Assembly: GCA_032718475.1 (NCBI GenBank)
Contig: JAUCBJ010005950.1
Location: forward strand, 1-43,124
Direction: 5' to 3'
From: Nemertoderma westbladi
Taxonomy: Eukaryota > Animalia > Xenacoelomorpha
Length of the DNA: 43,124 nucleotides
The notes beneath the pieces were generated by a model. That model was not told the origin of the DNA. It was given only the letters and a program-made list of their open reading frames with translations, and made no database searches. Made by a program: the position numbers and the translations under genes. Of the stretch, positions 12,853 through 22,360 are shown one piece after another. How positions within the stretch are numbered: position 1 is the first letter of the stretch; each line of letters begins with the position of its first letter.

Positions 12853-13529
12853 TGGTAACTGCAGGGCGGGCGGCACTTCCTGGCTGTGGGGCCGAACGTC
12901 TGGTGATAATAGCACCAGTCCGGGTTCGAGTTCGGGGCCCGCGGGGCGGGAGTCGACGCCGACGAGGAGTTCTTGCCGGTTCGCTGCGGCGGGACCGGCA
13001 TCGGTTTCCTGACGGCGTGGGCCGCGAGTGAGGTCTGCCGGGAGGCCTCCCACAGCGCGTCGGCCCGGTCCGCAACCCTGTCGAGGTCGCGGAAGTCCTC
13101 CTCCGTGAGTTGGAGGCGGATTGCGGCGGGCATCTGCCGGAGGAAGTCCTCCTCGAAGAGGAGTCCCGCGTTGTCGTCGCCGAGGAGCGCCTGCATTTCT
13201 CCGAGGAGTTGCGAGGGGCGCCGGTCACCGAGGCCGTCGAGGTCCCAGAGTCGGGCTGCGCGCTCGCGTCGGTAGAGCCCGAAGGCCTTGAGAAGTTGGC
13301 CCTTGAGTTTGAGGTACTTCTCAGTAGCGGGAGGGTTCTGGATGAGTTTTAGGAGGCGAGTGGCTGTCTCCTGGTCGAGGGCCCCCACCACGTAATAGTA
13401 TTTTGTAGCGTCCTCGGTGATGCTGCGAATGTGGAACTGTGCCTCCGCCTGGGCGAACCACACCTCGGGTTGGGTGGTCCAGAACGGAGGCAGTTTAATA
13501 GAAACGGCGTTGGCGGTCGCTTCGGCCAT
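12825..13529 (-). CDS. gag: Gypsy Gag (234 aa) with C-terminal CHCC zinc knuckle
   Basis: Intact [35 protein letters not shown]...[19 protein letters not shown]; first ATG at 13529. Confidence 0.9.
   Translation of the reverse strand: MAEATANAVSIKLPPFWTTQPEVWFAQAEAQFHIRSITEDATKYYYVVGALDQETATRLLKLIQNPPATEKYLKLKGQLLKAFGLYRRERAARLWDLDGLGDRRPSQLLGEMQALLGDDNAGLLFEEDFLRQMPAAIRLQLTEEDFRDLDRVADRADALWEASRQTSLAAHAVRKPMPVPPQRTGKNSSSASTPAPRAPNSNPDWCYYHQTFGPTARKCRPPCSYQGNAPAGRL
12846..12852 (-). promoter_or_regulatory. -1 ribosomal frameshift slippery heptamer G GGA AAC at gag/pol junction
   Basis: X XXY YYZ heptamer in the gag frame just before the gag stop; the -1 frame reads [24 protein letters not shown], which joins the protease once the 8-bp insertion at 12778-12785 is removed. 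Confidence 0.8.
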
Positions 13530-13620
13530 TGTCGTCAACACAGTTTCGGTCTGTCGGTGGCTGTTCCAGTTCGATTGCAGGATCGTGTTGCGAGTCGCGG
13601 TCTCAAGAGTTCGTCTTGAG

Positions 13621-13634
13621 ACGCTGGGTCACCA
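13621..13634 (-). promoter_or_regulatory. Primer binding site, tRNA-Trp-like
   Basis: TGGTGACCCAGCGT one base inside the 5' LTR; TGGTGACCC is complementary to the 3' end of eukaryotic tRNA-Trp, the primer typical of the CsRn1 clade. Confidence 0.75.
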
Positions 13635-13635
13635 A

Positions 13636-13831
13636 TGTAGTGATGGCGTCTAGCCACGAAATGAAAACTTATCAAAACTCCAGTTCGAGTCTTTGCTGAA
13701 GGCATAGTGCAGTACAGTCGTACCATTCTGTAGGTCGGCCTAATAACAGAATACGTTACTCTCTAGGGTTGCTAGGCAACCGTAATAACAAAGTTTTGAG
13801 ACTGTATAATAATCTATGTGGGGCTGCCACA
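13636..13831 (-). repeat. Gypsy 5' LTR
   Basis: 196-bp TG..CA repeat, ~99% identical to 9481-9676. Confidence 0.95.
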
Positions 13832-13833
13832 AT

Positions 13834-15669
13834 GGGGTAGACGACTCGGAAAAATTTTTTCGAGTTTTCGTTGGTTTCAAGGGAAAGAGCATGTGAAAAA
13901 ACCCAAGAGAGCAATTTGACTTCAAAAAAATTAATATTGGCCGAGTTATAGCGATTTTAAAACGCAAAACTAGCAACATCGAAAAATCGGGCCGTTTCAG
14001 AAACCTGCACTAGTGACGTCAGCGATAACACAGCAACAGTTGTCAAGCGCAGTTGATTGGCTAATATAAAGTATAATATTGCAGTATCTAAAATAAATCA
14101 AATAATAAATGTAGCTAAGTATTTATTTGGATGTGTATTTATGTTGTGTTAAGAATCGATTCTAGGACAGCCGTATGGAGGCGATTATTCTAGAATAATA
14201 TTTATTTCGCCCATACCTGTACCGTAGAGCTGTAGCTAAAAATAGATATAGCTAGCTAAATACTGCCAGGCGTTTCATTAATCTATTTTTTAATTGTTTT
14301 TACAGCGAATAATGCGGGATTGGTAGATTAGAACTAGATGGAAATTATTTCGTTTTTTTTTGTCAGTTCACTGTAAAGTGTTACTGGTACTAGTTGCCCG
14401 TGTCACCATTATTCTGCCTTTCATAATAGCTGTTTTGGTTTGACATCCAAAAATATAAAAATACCAAAAAATATCCAAAACATATTATTTTGGGCTATTG
14501 ATTTGTCATATTTGACATATTTTGGCTAGTTACATGTGAAAAAAAATGTTTTAAATAAAATAACAAATGTTTGTGGTAGCTAGTGTTTTCAATGGTATTT
14601 ACTGTTTTAATAATGTAGCTAGTGTTTTTATAAAATACCACAAAATCTTATTTTTTGATGCCATTCCAGATGCCATTACACCAACGCATGTGGTAGAAGT
14701 AAAATGTCCAACATCAAAACATGCCATTCAAGAATCGTATCTTTCACAATCGATCACAATCGTAAATTCATGGCACAAATCCAACTTCAAATGCATCTTT
14801 GCAATAAACAATTGGCCTTGTTTTGCGTCGCAGATCCATCTTTTGAAATAAATGGCGAAGTGAAAATAGTTGAAGTATCATATGATTCCATATACATGCA
14901 AAGTTTACTGAAAAGTAGTAGTAGCTTCTGGAAGGAATATATATTTCCCAAAATTGTGAAAAAATAGATGATTAAAAAATTTAAATTATAGTTATAGTTC
15001 AAATAAATTCTGATTAATGCTGATTGTATTGAGATGGCAGCTGAATATATTTTTACTATACGTCTTCAATTACAGCTACATGGACTAACTATCAATGCTA
15101 TTTGGAATTCAATAATTTAACTTATATAAAAATAATTGCAATAGAAAAAGTGCGAATCCACAATCTAATCCAAAGTAATCTAAGTTTTGAAGCTGAATAA
15201 AACATCAATAAGCTACTGTATTTCTACCACCTGGCAGTTTTAGCTACAAAATATGTTTTATTTTAATAGCTAACAACTGTACGGTTTGGGAGAAATAAAT
15301 ATTATTCTGGAATATTTAACTTGTTATGAATCAATTGCCGCCATAAAGATATCAAATAATGTATTCTTAACACAACACCAAAACACACCAAATAAATATT
15401 AGCTACATTATTTATTTTAGTTACTAAGAGATTTATATTGTACAGTATAGTAACCAATGAACATTTACTGAGCTGCACTAGTGACGTCACTAGTGCAGGT
15501 TTCTGAAACGGCCCGATTTTTCGATGTTGCTAATTTTGCGTGTTTAAATCGCTATAACTCGGCCAATGTTATTATTTTATAAGTAAAATTGCTCTCTGGG
15601 GTTTTTTCACATGCTCTTTCACATGAAACCAACGAAAACTCGAAAAAAAATTTCCGAGTCGTCTACCCC
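13834..15669. mobile_element. ISL2EU-type (PHIS group) non-autonomous DNA transposon, ~188-bp TIRs, AT TSD
   Basis: TIRs 13834-14021 and 15482-15669 starting GGGGTAGACG; AT at 13832-13833 and 15670-15671; internal YqaJ remnant. AT TSD plus YqaJ ORF are ISL2EU hallmarks. Confidence 0.8.
14650..14967 (+). pseudogene. YqaJ / lambda-exonuclease-like fragment
   Basis: DAIPDAITPTHVVEVKCP (PD..ExK) then, in a shifted frame, KFMAQIQLQMHLCNKQLALFCV...FWKEYIFPKI. Confidence 0.75.
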
Positions 15670-15674
15670 ATTGC

Positions 15675-16120
15675 ATCAATAGTTAATAATTATTTAAAAT
15701 ATTATTGCAAAGCAGCAAAATAATTATTAATTAAGCCTACTGGTATTGTAAAAATAATATTGCATGAATAATTATTAATCTGTTGATTATTACAAAAACA
15801 TTATTGCTTGATGCATAAATAATCATTAGGCCTACCGGTAATTATTATAAAATAACATTGCATTAATTATTATAAAAATAATATTGCATTAATTATTATA
15901 AAAATAATATTGCATTAATAATTTATTAATTATTTTAAAAATATTATTATAAAAATAATATTGCATGAATAATTATTAATCTGTTAATTATTACAAAAAT
16001 ATTATTGTTTGATCCATAAATAATCATTAATTATTATAAAAATAATATGCATTAATAATTATTAATTATTTAAAAATATTATTATTCAATAATTATTACT
16101 GTAATAATTATTGTAAAAAA
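15675..16120. repeat. Degenerate AT-rich minisatellite (AAAATAATATTGCAT..AATTATT)
   Basis: Repeated units; the same motif ends at 9480, so this array was the Gypsy target. Confidence 0.8.
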
Positions 16121-17271
16121 TATCCCTCTGTGTTGGAGGGATGTAGTTATTGCTGTATTATCTGAAACTGCAAACCATATACAGATATAGCCAGATAGAC
16201 TAGACAGGATGACGGGGTAACTAACAGTATCCCAGCCCCAGCCCTATCAGGTCAGCTCAGTATCTGGAATGAACTGCTGGAAATTATATATATTTCCTTA
16301 TTTAAGAAAAATATATACATAAAATTGTTTAAAAAAGTTAAAAATAAGTAAAGTAAAAAGAAATAAGTTAAACTCCTAAATAGGAAGTCCAAAAATATTT
16401 CCTATATAAGAAATTCTCGGAAAAAGTGTTTTTAAAATGGCTATAGAAAGCGAGAAAGCCTATCGGAACTCTGAATAGACTGGAGGCCCCCAAACAGGAT
16501 AGAGCCAGGAATTCAAATATGCCGCTAAAATTTATTTCAAAAGATAACGAAGAAAATGTTAAGAAAAATGGCAAAAATTTCCTATATAGGAAGCACTTTT
16601 TCCTATATAGGAAGAAAAAAAACTTCCTCTATTTATGAAACCTACCCTAACTGACTGCGTTATGGTATTCACAGTGGTCTTATCTTCTCGCTGGATCCAA
16701 TTCAACATTATATATATATATATATATCTGGGCGCCCTACATGTGCCGATGGACCGTTTCAGATATTGTGCCATGATTCCAAATCATTGTCCGTTCTTCC
16801 GGTCTACTACACAGACGTTCCACACCGAGGGAATATTGTTGTGCCATTGTTGAATAAAGTATTTCATAAAAGGTATAAATTGTTGATAATGCGCAATGCG
16901 CGTTAATAATTATTTGCAGTCGATGGGTTAAATGCCCGACTTCATTTAGATGTAAAAATGTCAAGGTCAAGGTCAATCGGACAATTGCTTTTATCTCCTT
17001 GTTGAGAATAATATATAATCTCGTGAGACCAAGTTTCTGAATTTCGCGAAAGATTGACAAATGTGAAAATAACAAATTTGATGTTTTAATATAATTTGGA
17101 AGGAGTTCCTGAACAGCAGGAATTAAGTAATTAATGGTAATTAATGTTCTTAATTAAATAAAACTAAATCAAAATATTGGGCAAATGTCCTATCTAATAA
17201 ACTAGCCTATCTGCCTATTGGTCAAGCTGTCAAGTGTCCTATTGGGAAAATGGCCATACCAGGATCTAGTT

Positions 17272-17520
17272 GGCACTACTGCATTATAACGACACCCCAG
17301 CACTTACCGGTATATAGTATACTCTGATATACATAATCTTGTATTACGTGTTAACATTCGTTTATTGTTTTGGTTCCCCTAACTCGCCTCTGTAACGCTC
17401 CTTTACTAACCTGCCTAGAGCCACATGTCTATTATCAAATTATAATGTAAAGTCTATTTTCAAATTATAATGTAAAATGCAGTGCTGGCGCTGGGGGTGT
17501 CGTTATAATGCAGTGGTGCC
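17272..17520. mobile_element. 249-bp MITE with 9-bp TSD (MULE-type)
   Basis: ~30-bp TIRs GGCACTACTGCATTATAACGACACCCC / GGGGTGTCGTTATAATGCAGTGGTGCC; GATCTAGTT at 17263-17271 and 17521-17529. Confidence 0.85.
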
Positions 17521-17893
17521 GATCTAGTTATTGGGGAAGTGTCTCCTAGGGAAAGTGTCTTTCTTTATACTGTTATAAGGTTTAAATATTATTGGGTAGT
17601 TGGGCAAAAGTCTCATTGGAGAAAGTCTCCGTATTGATTGGGCATCTGGCAGTAACCAGGTATCCAATGATTCGTCTGCTTGTTATAGTGCAAGTTACTC
17701 ATTGGGCAAGTGGTATATTGGGCAAGTCAGCAAGTGTGAAGTGACTGCACCCAGCTGCCCAATTGAACTGTGAGACTGAGACAGCTCGACAGCTGGACTG
17801 TCAACACTGTCTGACTGTTGCAGTGTTGTTTTAATGCTGATTGATATCCCAGTACAGTATACGGTACCGGTCAATTCTGCAATTAATTTCAAT

Positions 17894-18889
17894 ATGTTAA
17901 AACAACTCTCCGCCCGTATTATCCGTTACAACGACGACTTCTTGGCGATCGTCCAAGCGGTCGCGTTTATCGAGGATGCTGTCCGTTACCGGTCCATCTT
18001 CCACAAGATCGACGGACGTAGTCTCCGCATCTACCAATGCTACTACTCGCTGCTGGCCCGCTGGACCGTGCACCTCGCCATACTCGCCATTCTAGGCCTC
18101 GCTTTCTTCGAATTCCCCTCCAGTATGAGCCCAACAGCGGACCTGAAACAACCAGGACAATCCGTTGGGGTCGTCGTCCCTTGCGGTATAACCGAAGCAA
18201 TCGAACTCATCTGTTGGTTCATCTTCCTACTCGATCTCCTTACTAAATCCTACATAATCGGTACTAAACGCCTCCTAAACTCCCCGTGGCTGTTCGCTTA
18301 CGGCGTCGTACTTTCTGTCTACCTCTGCGACTGGTGCGTCTCCGTCGCTCTCATGTGCCAATACTCCTTCAGAATTCGACGTCTCATTCGACCGTTTTTT
18401 CTCCTACAAAACTCCTCGATGATGAAGAAAACATTCGACTGCATCCGTCGAACTCTCCCCGAGGTATTCTCCGTGCTAATGCTCCTATTCCTCCACTTAT
18501 ATTTCTTTAGTTTATTCGGGATGCTTTTGTTTAAAGACGTCGATAAACCCGGAAGCGTTAAACCATCCCCTTCCGACGAAGGGGTGAGTTACTTCTACGC
18601 CCTAAACGATTCAGTTCTTTCGCTTCTAGTTCTCCTCACCACCGCGAATAACCCCGATGTAATGATGCCGGCATACGATAAACACCGACTGAGCGCGTTA
18701 TTCTTCATTCTCTTCGTGTTTATCGGTACTTTCTGTTGTCTCAACATGCTGACCGCGGTTATCTTCAACCAGTTCCGGGGGTATCTCCTTAATTCGATGG
18801 GTTCTTCTTTGCGGCGGCGTCGGTTGGCTGTTCTCGCCGCCTTCTGGGTTCTCAGCCGCGACGCCATACGACTCAATGAGGTAGCCGAG
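17894..18889 (+). CDS. TPCN2: Two-pore channel 2, coding exon 1 (domain I)
   Basis: QAVAFIEDAVRYRSI, RIRRLIRPFFLLQNSSMMKKT, filter LLTTANNPDVM, QFRGYL..RRRL match animal TPC2. Donor GAG|GTAAAC in phase 0 (alternative donor after 18880). Start could be 17834 or an unseen upstream exon. Confidence 0.92.
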
Positions 18890-19719
18890 GTAAACCAATT
18901 AATTTCGATTTATCGCCTTCTTTACGTTTAGTACAGTACAGTAGTATGTTAAGTCTCAGCTTTATCGGCACTTGTCAGTTGCAGCGAGTTGTAATGAAGC
19001 AGATTACAATTTGCATCATTACATTACAACTCGTCGAATGTTTTACTTTGCAATGCTGCAATGGGGTGTGCTCTTAGTAAAATATGGGCAACCATATAAA
19101 ATAAAAGCTCGAGTTAGAAATTAATATCTAACGGTATTTAATAATAGTCCAGCAAAAACATGGTAACATAAGTAACAAGTGACTGTTTCGTCACCCTTTG
19201 GAACTAATATTGCGATAGTCTTTTTCTTTTAGTAGTTAACTTATAGATAAAGCCCCCCCCCCCCCCCCCCCCCCCTCTCCCTCTATATGGCAATTCATAT
19301 CAATCAGCTGAATGACTTCAGCTGATTAACGATTGCATGCAGCTTCTTGTTGCAACAGTTATTTTTTAGTTTGTCTCGCTTGTACAGATTGATATACAAT
19401 TTATTTACTTCTTACTTGCCTCGCATTCCCGGGACCGTCATACTACCCGTTCTTGCCTTTTCTTATGTAGTAGTCTCTGTTTATTAATGAGAGTTGGGGG
19501 TTATTGGTCTGGCATCAACCCTAATTTAAATGATATAGGCCTAATTTTCGTTGGGCTCTCTCAGCTTACCTGGCAAAGTGGAGTGAGTGACTAATGGTAA
19601 TTATTAATTTGTCATTGGACTAAATGATAATGTTAGACATTTTTAGCGGTAAGTCTTCACTATTTTGTATTCCAAGTTAATTTTCCAACAATAAATTAAT
19701 AAATTACTTCCCAATATAG

Positions 19720-20994
19720 GACCGCGAGGAGGCGGATTGGGACTGCGACGGGGACCGCGGCGACCCGCCGATCTACTACGGAGTCCCTACCAACCTGGCG
19801 CGCACCGTAGTCGTCAAGGCCACCATGCCGTCCCACAGCCGCGCGGCCATCCTGCGCGAGTTGGACACCGCGAGCTCCCATCTCACCTCGCGTCGGTTCT
19901 CCGAGATCCTCTCGCTGCTGGACTCCGGCCGCTCGGTCCGGGACCCGCCCCCCATCCGATGGGCAACCCGACCGCTCCTCCTCCTCCCTCAACGCGTATT
20001 CGCTCACTCCCGCTATATATATTTCTCCCTTCTCGTCTCCCTATTGAACGTTATATGTATGTCCGTCCTCATCGTGGTCCGCCAAGACGAAGCCTTCGGG
20101 TTGAACAACTCCGCACTCCTCCGTATCAACGCGTTGTTCACCGTCTGGTACGTCATCGAACTTCCGCTGAGGATCGCGTCGCTCGGCCCCCGGAAGTTCT
20201 TCTACACGAACGCGAATACCTACGATTGTATCGTTACTCTGGGGCTGTTCGCGATGGGTTGTTGGTACGTCATCGCTTTCGTGGCTCAACCTCACCTTCA
20301 GCAGACTTCGCAATCCGCGTCCCTCTACTTCCTAACTCGCTTCCTCAACATGCTGATACTCCTGCGTTTACTGCGGTTGATCCCCCATGTTAGTTCCATG
20401 TCTCTCGTCGCTTCCAGCATGCTCGATCTCTTCAGCAACATGCGCCCGTTCGCCGGTATTCTCATTATCGTTTACTACATATTCGCAGTCCTCGGGGTCG
20501 CTCTCTTTGAGGGCGTCGTCCAACCGCCCGCCAACGTCTCCAGTATCGTCTACGAGTGCGGCTCCTTCGAGCAACTCAACTACTGGGGTAATAACTTCAA
20601 CGAATTCTCCAGCGCGTTGGTCGTCCTATGGGATGTGATGGTCGTGAATAATTGGGGCGTCTTCTTGAAGGCTTTCAGTCGGTTCTCGGGGCCGTGGTCG
20701 CAGCTGTACTTCGTCGCGTGGTGGCTCGTCAGCGTCATCGTCGGGGTCAACCTCTTCGTGGCCCTGATCCTAGAGAACTTCGTGTGCCGCTGGGACCGTT
20801 GGAGTCAGCAGCGGCGGGGTCTGGGAGGCGCGGGCGAGCCGTCCGAGTTCGGGCAGAGCATCCACGAGGTGTTCCGGGGGAGTCTGGTCGAACCGGACGA
20901 GCACGAACTCCGGGTGGAACTGGCGAGCCACGCCTATCTAAAGGTGCCCCTCCCGTCCAGACAGTACGGCGCCTCCACTGGGGGGGACCTGTAG
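19720..20994 (+). CDS. TPCN2: Two-pore channel 2, coding exon 2 (linker and domain II)
   Basis: Acceptor TTCCCAATATAG| at 19719; phase 0 open from DREEADW to TAG at 20994; CGSFEQLNYWGNNF, filter VMVVNNW, WWLVSVIVGVNLFVALILENF. Joined product ~756 aa. Confidence 0.92.
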   Translation, partial: DREEADWDCDGDRGDPPIYYGVPTNLARTVVVKATMPSHSRAAILRELDTASSHLTSRRFSEILSLLDSGRSVRDPPPIRWATRPLLLLPQRVFAHSRYIYFSLLVSLLNVICMSVLIVVRQDEAFGLNNSALLRINALFTVWYVIELPLRIASLGPRKFFYTNANTYDCIVTLGLFAMGCWYVIAFVAQPHLQQTSQSASLYFLTRFLNMLILLRLLRLIPHVSSMSLVASSMLDLFSNMRPFAGILIIVYYIFAVLGVALFEGVVQPPANVSSIVYECGSFEQLNYWGNNFNEFSSALVVLWDVMVVNNWGVFLKAFSRFSGPWSQLYFVAWWLVSVIVGVNLFVALILENFVCRWDRWSQQRRGLGGAGEPSEFGQSIHEVFRGSLVEPDEHELRVELASHAYLKVPLPSRQYGASTGGDL

Positions 20995-21066
20995 TCGTCA
21001 TCGAGTATATTAATGAGGTGCTTTTATATATTTACATAATTTACATTTTATTGTGCAAAGGCAGTA

Positions 21067-21072
21067 AATAAA
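21067..21072 (+). terminator. Candidate polyadenylation signal of TPCN2
   Basis: AATAAA ~70 bp after the stop, followed by T/GT-rich sequence. Confidence 0.5.
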
Positions 21073-21457
21073 GGATAATTTATTTCCTTGGCTGTTTAGG
21101 ATTAGCAATTAGAATCGTATTGATTAGTTTTACTTAATTAAAAGAACCACCGATAATTTTTACAACAACATTAAACGACATTGCCTTTATTCAGATCAGG
21201 TAAACCACGAATTATTCTATTACTTTGAGTATCCCTTTTCACTTTGACACACTGCCACTCACACTTGTCAATATATTTAATCGCATTGAGGCAAACAATA
21301 ACAAAACAAATATTACCTCGACAGAAAGTATTGAGATTAAATAGTCACATTCTATTTAAACAAAACCCTTAGTCTCCGTCCATTTATAACTTATACAATT
21401 ATAATAATATTTGTTGTAAATATTAATACATTTCTAATCGGTTCGTTACGTAATTAA

Positions 21458-22360
21458 GGGGGGGGTACCCCCCCTTAATACCCTATATTTTCATGGCCAT
21501 TACTACTACTTTGAATGTAACTATGTATCTTTTGTGGGGTTCGAGCAACCACAGGGAGGTCAAATAATGATCATAAACAAAATATTTGTAATTTTACGTC
21601 GCCCTCTAGCGGGCAGGTGCGCAAATGCAAAATTCACTTAAAACGCTACTCTACCGTCAGTTTTGGTCCAAATTTGGTGGAATTAACACTATTTTCCTCA
21701 GGACGGTTCTGCACATGAAACATACTTGGCAGAAAATAAAATTTCGATTTAATTTTCATTTTATAATTAGAAATATTATTTTTCACTTAAAAATATGGGT
21801 TTTATCATGAAAAATGCCACATTGGAGCAGTTAGGAATAAAAATTAAAAAATGTGGCAAGTATGTTTTATTACTGACAGATGCAGCACCAATGTATAAAA
21901 AAATTATGAAAATTGGTTCAAAAATGGCGGAGGAGTAGTATTTTGAAAAATGGAAATATCGTGAAATGTAATTCCGAGTTAATTTGCTTTAAAATTTGAA
22001 CCTTCCCGCTCAAACCTGACTGTCTGTAGTCTGTTAACGGTCAGTAATGTTTGACACTATGTCGTCATACCAACTCACTAAAATTATCAATATGGGGGTT
22101 TTCGGGGTCGGTGATTTCATTTCTGATGTCTGTTTTAATGTTTGGTGGTATCTAATATGTCTGTCTGACAGCATGTCTGTCTGTCTGTCTCCTAAATTTT
22201 GACGGACAAACTGAAAGACGGAAAGACAGCGATAACTCGAGAACTAAAAAAGATCCCGCCAAACTGTTTCAAGATTTGAACTCCCCATTAAATTCTGCAT
22301 CAGATGAAATAGAAAACCCAAAATGTGAAAATTTGACCCAAGGAGGGGGTACCCCCCCCC
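21458..22360. mobile_element. Non-autonomous TTAA-specific DNA element, Kolobok-like
   Basis: TTAA at 21454-21457 and 22361-22364; short self-palindromic TIRs G8-TA-C7-TT / AAGGAGGGGGTA-C9; purine 5' end fits Kolobok rather than piggyBac. Confidence 0.65.

Larger units (their letters stand above)
9481..13831 (-). mobile_element. Full-length Ty3/Gypsy LTR retrotransposon, CsRn1/Kabuki-like clade, lightly disabled
   Basis: Two 196-bp TG..CA LTRs, PBS, PPT, gag with CX2HX9CX3C knuckle, pol order PR-RT-RNaseH-IN, 4-bp TSD ATTG (right copy split by a later insertion). Confidence 0.95.
6998..16653. mobile_element. 9.66-kb non-autonomous DNA transposon with CAG..CTG ends, ~295-bp TIRs and 5-bp TSD (superfamily uncertain)
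   Basis: Right TIR 16358-16653 matches, inverted, a left TIR split into 6998-7156, 8140-8162 and ~8437-8541; termini CAGTTAGGGTAGG / CCTACCCTAACTG; ACTGC directly repeated at 6993-6997 and 16654-16658. Confidence 0.8.

Noticed and set aside
12853-13228. N-terminal ~125 aa of the 1057-aa pol ORF
   Set aside because: Out-of-frame reading of gag joined to pol by the 8-bp insertion at 12778-12785.
10110-13653. Many plus-strand and alternative-frame ORFs over the Gypsy element
   Set aside because: Shadow ORFs of GC-rich coding sequence with no recognisable motifs.
19696-21071. Overlapping alternative ORFs across TPCN2 exon 2
   Set aside because: GC-rich shadow frames of the channel CDS.
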